From a virus (taxonomy: Duplodnaviria > Caudoviricetes), in the IMG/VR virus record IMGVR_UViG_3300010340_000930, positions 1,653 to 65,652 of that record: a stretch of DNA of 64,000 bases; one strand, given 5' to 3'. Below are positions 10,455-18,249 of the stretch, in pieces (within the stretch, counting starts at the first letter, position 1; each line of letters begins with the position of its first letter). The notes below the pieces were generated by a model. The model did not search any database and had not been told where the DNA came from. It saw only the letters and a program-made list of their open reading frames with translations. The position numbers and the translations under genes are program-made.

Positions 10455-11027
10455 TTATTCTTCCAAACTTTTTGAATATTCATAAAAACTATGCAACCCA
10501 TTCTCGTTAATATATCGTTTTACATCTTCATAATCAAATATGTGCTTAATGTTTCTGAATTGCTGATTATAATCCAATCCATATCCTACCACAAAGTAAT
10601 CTGAAATTAAAATTCCATATATATGTTCTGGATTATCATAATAACAAATCTTGTCCTCACGAATTTTTTTTAATAATGTACAAGTAATTACATTCTTAAC
10701 TTTTTTCTTTAATGACTCTACGACCATTCCTAATGTAAAGCCTGTATCTAGAATAGAATCAATAATTAAGATTGAATCTTCTTCAAATGTCATTTTTGAG
10801 AATAACCTATCGTATGTTCCATGATCTGGAATTCGAGGGGCTAATTCAATATTATTAATACATGAACCCAATTCATAAAATAAATCATTTGCGAAATTAA
10901 ATGATGATTTTGGAATAACAATGGCATCTATCTTTTCAATATTCAATTGCTTCAGTTTATCAAAAATTTGGATACGAATTAAATTTTTGATTACATTGAT
11001 AATATCATTATATGTTATAACTTGCAT
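10455..11027 (-). CDS. hpt: Hypoxanthine/guanine phosphoribosyltransferase-like protein
   Basis: PRPP loop ILIIDSILDTGFTL and HPRT-typical C-terminus FVVGYGLDYNQQFRN. Confidence 0.78.
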   Translation of the reverse strand: MQVITYNDIINVIKNLIRIQIFDKLKQLNIEKIDAIVIPKSSFNFANDLFYELGSCINNIELAPRIPDHGTYDRLFSKMTFEEDSILIIDSILDTGFTLGMVVESLKKKVKNVITCTLLKKIREDKICYYDNPEHIYGILISDYFVVGYGLDYNQQFRNIKHIFDYEDVKRYINENGLHSFYEYSKSLEE

Positions 11028-11029
11028 AT

Positions 11030-11617
11030 TTATAACCTCTCACATATAATTTCTAGCTCATAAGGCACAATCGAGCTATTGATAATTATTTCTTTACACA
11101 AAGTAACACTCAGCACATGAAATAATTTTTCTTGCTCCAAATAATATTGAACTGAATATTCATCTGTCCATAAAGAATGTCTCCAAAATGTATCTTTCCC
11201 TTCAGAAAATAATTCATATGTCAACCGTCTTGTTTTAAAATCATCAATTGCTTCTTTATTAGCTAACTTTTTAAATTCTTTATGCAATTCTTCACACACG
11301 TGCCACATATTTGGAACAATGCAATGCATGATTGCTTTTTTCTTCATGATGGTATACAAATTAAAGATATACCAATCGATCTTTCTGACTTCCAAATGTT
11401 CCAGTACCCTGAACAACAAAACCACATCAAATAAAGCAAAATTCTCGGAGTTACGATATTTTTCTATCCATTCAACCAAATCAACATTGTTCTCATTAAT
11501 CACGACATTGTTACGTTTTATGTTATATCCAGGGCCAACAACCAAAATTTTCTTATCTGATCCATATGAATCGATGGTTTTTTCGGTATATTCAACATAA
11601 TTTAAAGCACCCATCAT
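11030..11617 (-). CDS. Putative class I SAM-dependent methyltransferase
   Basis: Motif I-like ILVVGPG; FDVVLLFRVLEHL followed by ..MKKKAIMHCIVPN, as in Methyltransf_11/23 proteins. Confidence 0.55.
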   Translation of the reverse strand: MMGALNYVEYTEKTIDSYGSDKKILVVGPGYNIKRNNVVINENNVDLVEWIEKYRNSENFALFDVVLLFRVLEHLEVRKIDWYIFNLYTIMKKKAIMHCIVPNMWHVCEELHKEFKKLANKEAIDDFKTRRLTYELFSEGKDTFWRHSLWTDEYSVQYYLEQEKLFHVLSVTLCKEIIINSSIVPYELEIICERL

Positions 11618-11632
11618 TGAACCCCTTTTTCT

Positions 11633-12820
11633 TTAATGTTTTAATGATAATATATACGATTCGAAAACCTCTAAGAAATAATTTATCTCTTTTGATGTAT
11701 TATATTTACCAAGAGAAATTCTGATCGCTGAAGAAGATTCTTGAGAAGTTCTTCCCATTGCTCTAAGTACATAGGACTCCACAGGTTTCTTAGCTGCACA
11801 CGCAGAACCACCAGTCAACAATATTCCTTTATTATTAAAATATTCAACCGAAGTTAATTCTTTATTCAAAGATTCAGGTATTGAAAAGTTCAACGTGTTT
11901 ACTAAACTTAGTTGATTTGTATTCACAATAATATCAATATCATTACTATGACAAATTGAGACGATTTCCTTATTTAACAGATTTTTTTTAGATAATATAG
12001 ATTCATAATACGATGGGGGTTGCTTCTTGAGTAATGCTATAGCTTTGCCCAATCCAACAATTCCCGGAATATTTTCTGTACCTGATCTAACTCCTTTCTC
12101 TTGACCACCACCAGACATAAAGGTAAATAACTCACCAATTGCTTCCTTTAAATAAAATGCACCAACACCCTTTGGTGCATTAATTTTATGACCAGATAAA
12201 GAAATCATATCAATATTTTTTATATTATTCGTAATAAACTCTTCAGGATATTTTCCGAATAGCTGTGTAGCATCAGTATGAAAAACAATGGAGTTTCTCT
12301 TGCAAATTTCTGAAATTGATTCTATCGGTTGTAAATTACCCGTTTCGTTATTTGCAGCCATAATAGAAGCAAAAACTGTTTCAGGAATAACCGCTTCTCT
12401 AAATTCATCAATATCCACTCTTCCATTTTTATCTACCTTAATATAACTAATATATAAGTTCTCAAAATATTTTTTCAATTCTTGAAAACATTGTAAAACA
12501 CTGGGATGCTCAATCTCGGACGTAATTGCATGAACGACTTTGCCAGAAATCAAAAATGGAATAAGAAAACCTTTTATCAATATGTTATTAGACTCTGTTG
12601 CTCCACTAGAGAAATATATTTCATTTGATTTAACATGCAAGAAATCTGAAATTATTTCTCTAGCTTTTTGCAAAGCAACATCTGAAAGCATACCCAAGTT
12701 ATGAGCACAGGAAGCATTTCCGTAACATTGCCGCATATATCTATATACTTCCTTGGCCACATCCTTATCCACTCTGGTTGTTGAATTATTATCAAAATAT
12801 ATGTACTTTTTACGCATCAT
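11633..12820 (-). CDS. iscS: Cysteine desulfurase (IscS/NifS family)
   Basis: YFDNNSTT, SGATESNN, IEHPSV, NNETG, FHTDATQ, PLP lysine SLSGHK, RSGTEN, catalytic Cys GGSAC. Confidence 0.93.
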   Translation of the reverse strand: MMRKKYIYFDNNSTTRVDKDVAKEVYRYMRQCYGNASCAHNLGMLSDVALQKAREIISDFLHVKSNEIYFSSGATESNNILIKGFLIPFLISGKVVHAITSEIEHPSVLQCFQELKKYFENLYISYIKVDKNGRVDIDEFREAVIPETVFASIMAANNETGNLQPIESISEICKRNSIVFHTDATQLFGKYPEEFITNNIKNIDMISLSGHKINAPKGVGAFYLKEAIGELFTFMSGGGQEKGVRSGTENIPGIVGLGKAIALLKKQPPSYYESILSKKNLLNKEIVSICHSNDIDIIVNTNQLSLVNTLNFSIPESLNKELTSVEYFNNKGILLTGGSACAAKKPVESYVLRAMGRTSQESSSAIRISLGKYNTSKEINYFLEVFESYILSLKH

Positions 12821-12825
12821 AAAAA

Positions 12826-12993
12826 TTAGGCACAGGAAACCACGGGGCTTGCCCCGTGGAGGAATGTGCCCCTCCTTTCAATTAAAGTTGTTGTTCTTGC
12901 AGTTAACCTCGTACAGTTTTTCTTTACATTTACTGACGGATTGATTACTTGCATTAAAGGATTTCCGTTCTTATTGATTACATACACATACAA
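12826..12993 (-). pseudogene. iscB: iscB remnant: N-terminal PLMP peptide fused in frame to the extreme C-terminus
   Basis: SD aaggagg, TTG start, YVYVINKNGNPLM (IscB-type VYVxxKxGxPLMP), then a 41-aa tail ending GASPVVSCA; no RuvC or HNH motifs. Confidence 0.7.
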
Positions 12994-12994
12994 C

Positions 12995-13279
12995 GGCTTT
13001 AAGCCTCCTTGTGTATTAGGATTGTGCGTATTCAAAGCTTCGGAGTTGCTTTGAAATCCGACCTCACCTCGACCAGATATGGAAAGGTTTGACGATACAG
13101 ACACTTCGCCTACCACACAGCGATGTTTAATCTGCATCCGAAGAGGAAAGTGCTGGTGCGACACACTTTCGTTCCTAATTTCTTTCCTATCGTTTACTAA
13201 CAACCTTACCTCCTGTTAGTGGTCTGGTAACCTTGTGACTCTCTTTCAAAAGCCACTGGGCAAGCCCAGTGGTAGGTTA
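12995..13279 (-). ncRNA. omega-RNA/HEARO-like scaffold
   Basis: Lies between the left-end hairpin and the PLMP codons; contains ggttaccagacc, ggatgc and tggtcgagg segments resembling omega-RNA blocks (recognised by eye). Confidence 0.6.
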
Positions 13280-13302
13280 TTATATATATTAAATTATGAA
13301 TT
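13279..13302 (-). promoter_or_regulatory. Conserved 24-bp promoter-like motif, copy 1
   Basis: aattcataatttaatatatataat on the minus strand; 23/24 identical to 40455-40478; ends in TATAAT. Confidence 0.55.
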
Positions 13303-13309
13303 AGTGAGG

Positions 13310-13455
13310 AGTATATTTTTTCTTTCTCCTTTCTTTAATACTCCTCCCAATTCTCTCCTCCTTAGAGGAGAGGGGCTGAATTTTTAGACCCCTCAACCCT
13401 GCTTTTTGACCTCGGATTTTAACCCCCAACCAAAAATGGTTCCCAGTCCGAGGTC
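13310..13455. other. Cluster of GC-rich hairpins (terminator and/or structured RNA)
   Basis: gacctcgga...tccgaggtc followed by a T-run, gagggg...cccctc, ctctcctc-ctta-gaggagag and gaggagtat...atactcctc. Confidence 0.45.
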
Positions 13456-13465
13456 TTTTTTTTGC

Positions 13466-14227
13466 TCAAACTTTCCATGTATTGATATACTTCTCCAATT
13501 CCTCTTTATTCATATTAGAGATTTTTTCCAATTCTTTTACATTATTTTTATAATAAGATGTATGTATCTTACTGTTTATTCCTCTGGGATGATCAAGATG
13601 ATAGAGATTATATTCTTCAATTAACCTTTCAACTTGAAATCCCAATTTTTGAAAACGTACAATTCTCTCATCATCCTCAGCCCCCCAAGCTCTGAAATTT
13701 TCATTCTCCATTCCACCCTTAATATAACTATCTCTTCTAAAAAAAATACATCCTCCAACAGAATTCTTTCTTCTTTTTTTACAGATATTCAAATTTATAT
13801 TATCTATACCTAATTCTTCATTTATTATTTTTTTTGTTTGCATTTTATCAACATTCCAGAAGTCCTTGTAAGGAATTAAAAGATCAATATTAGTATTCAA
13901 TAATTTATTATATGCATCAATGTATGCATCAACGTCCAAAAAAACATCTGAATCATAATTCACCACGATTAAAGTGGTGGCATCAATAATCATCTTATTA
14001 ATTATTTTAGTTCTGTGAAAATATTCATTTCTGGAATAAAAAAATTTATATTTATCCACATCATTCGAAAAAAAACTAAAGTAAGGTCTCACCGCTTCTT
14101 CATATAAAAATATATTGGTTTTGAAATTACTTCTTAAAAAACGCAAAACAAAATTTATGTTCTCTATTCTTTCTTCAGAATCAAATCTTATCGGGATTAA
14201 GAATGTGCAATTCGTTAATTCATACAT
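13466..14227 (-). CDS. GT-A glycosyltransferase with a Glyco_transf_7C (galactosyltransferase-like) motif
   Basis: TFLIPIRFDSEER, NYDSDVF (DxD), GGCIFF...GGMENENFRAWGAEDDE. Confidence 0.8.
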   Translation of the reverse strand: MYELTNCTFLIPIRFDSEERIENINFVLRFLRSNFKTNIFLYEEAVRPYFSFFSNDVDKYKFFYSRNEYFHRTKIINKMIIDATTLIVVNYDSDVFLDVDAYIDAYNKLLNTNIDLLIPYKDFWNVDKMQTKKIINEELGIDNINLNICKKRRKNSVGGCIFFRRDSYIKGGMENENFRAWGAEDDERIVRFQKLGFQVERLIEEYNLYHLDHPRGINSKIHTSYYKNNVKELEKISNMNKEELEKYINTWKV

Positions 14228-14232
14228 GGATA

Positions 14233-15192
14233 TTATTCCTCAATAAAATTAGCCAATCTTGATTCATAAAGATTCCACATATTATATCCAGATACAGCAA
14301 ATGATAAAGTATTTCGTGAAAGTTTCTCTATATTTAAGGATTGTATTTCATTCCAATCAATACCATCTGGATGTAATGTGTTAAACAAATAACCGGTTTC
14401 TTTATGCTTTATATACTCATTCATGGTTGATTCATTTACAGCAAAGCAAACCGAACCACGAGATAGTTGCTCAATAAAAGATAAACCAATTCCTTCTCTT
14501 AATCTTGGGCACAAAAATATATTTGAAACTCTCAATATATTATGATATTCTCTTCTTGAATTCCAACCACAATAAGTTATGATCTTGGTTTTATTATATT
14601 TATTCGGTAATTCAAACATTTTTTCATGCCGGGGATCCAATTTTTCTAGATATAAGAATTTTTCTATATTCAATACTTCACATAATCTCAAAAGAAATTC
14701 TTTCGAATATAAATTCGTTCTATTCCAATATGATAAAATCCTACCACCCGAGAAATTGACGGGGTCATACTGCTGATGAAAATATTGTACATATAGAACA
14801 TTTTTATATCTGTATTTTTTTAATAATAAATACAATCGTTCGCAAAATGAAATTATTTTCATATTCTTAGGAATCAATTCCCAAGTGTTCATTTTCCAGG
14901 CATTTACCCAATCCCACATAGGAACCAAGAAATAAGTATTATTATTTTCATTCGATGAAATATGTTCTCTTACTTTTTCATAATTTCTCATGTAAATCGG
15001 AATAAATAAAAATATAATATATGTATCTCTTACCTCTGAAAATCTAGCTAAGTTAAATTTTTTTACATAAACGGTAAAAAATTTCTTAAGTGGATTTATA
15101 ACACTTTTAAAAAATGCATCACTCTTAGTGAGATGCCAGTCTGAATTAACATAACATATTACTACTTTTTTAAGGGGCATATCTATCCTCAA
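14233..15192 (-). CDS. GT4-like glycosyltransferase
   Basis: NIFLCPRLREGIGLSFIEQLSRG...TMNEYIKHKETGYL. Confidence 0.72.
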   Translation of the reverse strand: MRIDMPLKKVVICYVNSDWHLTKSDAFFKSVINPLKKFFTVYVKKFNLARFSEVRDTYIIFLFIPIYMRNYEKVREHISSNENNNTYFLVPMWDWVNAWKMNTWELIPKNMKIISFCERLYLLLKKYRYKNVLYVQYFHQQYDPVNFSGGRILSYWNRTNLYSKEFLLRLCEVLNIEKFLYLEKLDPRHEKMFELPNKYNKTKIITYCGWNSRREYHNILRVSNIFLCPRLREGIGLSFIEQLSRGSVCFAVNESTMNEYIKHKETGYLFNTLHPDGIDWNEIQSLNIEKLSRNTLSFAVSGYNMWNLYESRLANFIEE

Positions 15193-16915
15193 TAAATTCC
15201 TTTAAGATTCGCAATGGATTGAATCTTTTAACAAAAATCTGTTTGAATGTATTTATATACCCAAGGCGTTTCATATTTTCTTTATCTCTGATTGCTTTTG
15301 TAACTATCTCAAAACTTTCCTCTAAATTGTTTAGTTTTATTCTTATAAAACATCTGGGATCAATAAACTTCTCAAGGTTTGGGCATCCGTCATAGAATGT
15401 CACAGAATCACATAAGATACCACCAAAAGCCTTTTCTGTAAAATAATTTTCTTCATAGCAATTTTCAGCATCAAAATTATAATCAGAATTTAATAAAGCT
15501 TCTTCCTTACTCTCACACATACCCTTATAATTTGAAAGGTTAGTTAACAATGAAGTGCTCTCTTTATCCTTAAATTCAGGTAACATTCTTCCATAAATCG
15601 CGCAATGATCAAGTTTATTTAAATAAGATAAAAATTGAATTCTCTTCAGATAATTCAATCCCTCTATATCACATAATTTATTTGAAACGATAGCTGTAAT
15701 TTTATCATAACCTTTATTTGATAAATCAAGATATCGATTCTTTATCGTTGTATAGTTAGAATCAAATCCATACCAATGAAAATCCAGAGTATGATATTTT
15801 TCAATGGAAAATAATTTATAGCAATTAACTCCCTCTATAGGGTCAATAAATTCTTTCGGAAAAGCAAGTTCTCTATACCAACGTGGTTCCGATTGGATTA
15901 TAATTCCTTTCTTTTTAGCTAGATCTTCCTCTAAATTTATAAATCCATAATTAGTTACTATAAAATCATAATCTTCGGTATCTTTAACTAATTTTAAATT
16001 TTTAAATTGAAAATTATTTTCGGAAGAGTACTTATTTATGATTTGTAATGTAGTATTAGAATCAGAATAAATAGAGAAAAAAGCTATCTTGATGCTCGCT
16101 ATATTTTTAGAAGTCTTAATGTTTGGTAAGTTATCACACCATTCCCATTTTTGAATATCTGATAATAATTCTTCCTTGTTTTTATTTATCACAGTATCAA
16201 ATAATAATATCTTGTTCTTTTGACTTTGTTCAGCGCTTATTTTTTGGATTGTATCATCTCTTTTGTGATATAAATGATAAGCAGGATAATCCATACAATA
16301 TATAACATGATCCAATTTGATCAAACGATTATATCTTTCATCATCTTCATAACCCCACCCCTCAAAATGTTCATTCTCCATTCCGCATTTAATAAATTCT
16401 TGCTTATTAAAAATAAAGCATCCACCTGATGCTCCGTATGTATGAAAGATATAATCATCAGATATCAAATTACTAAAATCAGGATTTTCTTTTCTATCAA
16501 TTATGCTGAAAATCTTTTTGGTATACTTTCCTCTTATCATTCTTATTTGTCTATTGTAAGGAAAAGCAAAATTAATTTTACCAAATTCCAACAATTCATA
16601 TGCTTTAATTATATCTCTATGATCAATAAGAACATCGACATCATAAGAGCATACAAATTTTGTATTGCTTAACTTAATTAGTATATTCAGTATCTTAGTT
16701 TTCTGAAAGTAAGTTTTACTGGTTTTTACAAATATGTAATCACATCCAAAATATTTTCTTAGTTTGGGTCGTTGATCTATTTCACCAATAATAATTCTTA
16801 CATTAAAATTATTTTTTAAATATTTAATAATGTATTTTAAATTCCGAACACGTTGAGGAACGTCAAGGCGGAATGGTATAACAATAGTTAAATTATGTAA
16901 ATTATAACTTTCCAT
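15170..16915 (-). CDS. Fusion of a GT7C-type domain and a GT10-like (alpha-1,3/4-fucosyltransferase-like) domain
   Basis: N-half: SYDVDV and GMENEHFEGWGYEDDE. C-half: ITAIVSNK...KRIQFL...IYGR...AENCYEENYFTEK...FYDGCPNLEKFID. Confidence 0.75.
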   Translation of the reverse strand: MESYNLHNLTIVIPFRLDVPQRVRNLKYIIKYLKNNFNVRIIIGEIDQRPKLRKYFGCDYIFVKTSKTYFQKTKILNILIKLSNTKFVCSYDVDVLIDHRDIIKAYELLEFGKINFAFPYNRQIRMIRGKYTKKIFSIIDRKENPDFSNLISDDYIFHTYGASGGCFIFNKQEFIKCGMENEHFEGWGYEDDERYNRLIKLDHVIYCMDYPAYHLYHKRDDTIQKISAEQSQKNKILLFDTVINKNKEELLSDIQKWEWCDNLPNIKTSKNIASIKIAFFSIYSDSNTTLQIINKYSSENNFQFKNLKLVKDTEDYDFIVTNYGFINLEEDLAKKKGIIIQSEPRWYRELAFPKEFIDPIEGVNCYKLFSIEKYHTLDFHWYGFDSNYTTIKNRYLDLSNKGYDKITAIVSNKLCDIEGLNYLKRIQFLSYLNKLDHCAIYGRMLPEFKDKESTSLLTNLSNYKGMCESKEEALLNSDYNFDAENCYEENYFTEKAFGGILCDSVTFYDGCPNLEKFIDPRCFIRIKLNNLEESFEIVTKAIRDKENMKRLGYINTFKQIFVKRFNPLRILKEFIEDRYAP

Positions 16916-16918
16916 AAT

Positions 16919-17560
16919 TTACTTTAGACTCCAATTCTCCCAAATTGTCGGAAAACAATAAGTTTGCACATGTGTATTTCTTAATTTATTCTGTATAGTA
17001 ATCATTCTTTCTAAGTAATTTTCAACATTGGCGTGAAATTGTATTTGAATATTTCTTATATTATTTACATAATTATTTTCTAATATATATTCCATCAAAT
17101 TATATTCTTCTCCTTCAATATTTACTTTCATCAGATCAATATGCTAAATTTTATATTCCATTATGTAATCAAAGAAATCAATTAACTTTGCCTTACCCAC
17201 TGTTATAGGTTTGTCATTATTAAAAATTATGTTATCATAATGTATAGTTGTTTTATCATTATCAATATATAATAATGTTTCTTTAGTACAGTTAGACAAT
17301 CCAAAATTGTTAATCTTGATTTTATAATTATCTGCAAATTTATTTTTTATATTTATATAAAATTGTTCGCACAATTCAAAAATATGTATCTCACATGAAT
17401 ACATTTGTAAAATTTTTTCTGTCCATTCACCTTTATATCCACCGAGATCAAAAACAATGGAGTGCTCGTTTAAATCATACGCAAACCTATAATTATTATC
17501 TCTATTGAACTTTTCCCATATATGGAACATCTCAGTTCGTTTGATGATCATTTGTATCAA
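16919..17560 (-). pseudogene. FkbM-family methyltransferase interrupted by a single in-frame TAG (17144-17146)
   Basis: VFDLGGYKGEW, IHIFE, NNFGLS, then EYKI-TAG-HIDLMKVNIEGEEY...IQIQFH in the same frame. Confidence 0.8.
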
Positions 17561-17564
17561 TTCC

Positions 17565-18239
17565 TTATTGGAGAAAATGATGCTTTATATATGAATCATC
17601 ATTCAATTCTTGAATTAATTTCTCGGAGAATGTTTTTTTGAATATTTCACGTTTCTCCTCATACATCTTATCATTCAAGAACATTGTCACATTGACTGGT
17701 TCTAGATCACTACATAACTCTCTTACTTTTTCTTTAGTTAGATATTTTTTAATATGATGTAACTTATCAGTATTGAATCTAATTGAGACAAAATCACAAA
17801 TCTTTTTAAATTCATTATCATCCTTTAATAAATTTTCATAAGTTACAGTAAGCATATTACCCTTAAATTCTGTATGCCATTTTTTCAGATGTTTATCATA
17901 CTCATGCAGGAAATAAGAAGCTGCATTGTATGAATCTAACTTATGACGATGATAATACATATAAGAGAAAACAACAGATAAAAAATCAATGCGCTCTAGA
18001 TAGATAATATTACTTCCTTGAATTTGATTTATACGATATTCAATATTTTCTTTTCCATCAAGACATAATCCATGAGCCATCTGAACAAAATATTTATGAT
18101 TTTTCTGTTTTTTTAGATACGCATATTCAGTTCTCAAAGGATGACCTGTATACAATTCCATCAATAGCGCCAAATAATGTCTTCCACATCTGGGATAGCT
18201 GATCAGATATATCTGTTTATATTTTTTTAGATTTTCCAT
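17565..18239 (-). CDS. Sulfotransferase-domain protein
   Basis: PAPS-binding-loop-like LISYPRCGRHYL and the C-terminal LTVTYENL motif. Confidence 0.62.
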   Translation of the reverse strand: MENLKKYKQIYLISYPRCGRHYLALLMELYTGHPLRTEYAYLKKQKNHKYFVQMAHGLCLDGKENIEYRINQIQGSNIIYLERIDFLSVVFSYMYYHRHKLDSYNAASYFLHEYDKHLKKWHTEFKGNMLTVTYENLLKDDNEFKKICDFVSIRFNTDKLHHIKKYLTKEKVRELCSDLEPVNVTMFLNDKMYEEKREIFKKTFSEKLIQELNDDSYIKHHFLQ

Positions 18240-18249
18240 ATTAACAATC

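Larger units (their letters stand above)
12817..13279 (-). mobile_element. Non-autonomous IS200/IS605-superfamily IscB (OMEGA/HEARO-like) element with an internal deletion
   Basis: Left-end hairpin ccactgggcttgcccagtgg, right-end hairpin ccacggggcaagccccgtgg, omega-RNA-like leader and remnant PLMP peptide. Confidence 0.75.

Noticed and set aside
11633-12820. Dnd/Ssp phosphorothioation system (IscS as DndA)
   Set aside because: No DndC/PAPS-reductase, DndD ATPase or DndE homologue recognisable in the window
12826-13203. 125-aa ORF as a real protein
   Set aside because: Its upstream part is read-through of the omega-RNA-like scaffold; only the SD-led TTG at 12993 gives the IscB remnant
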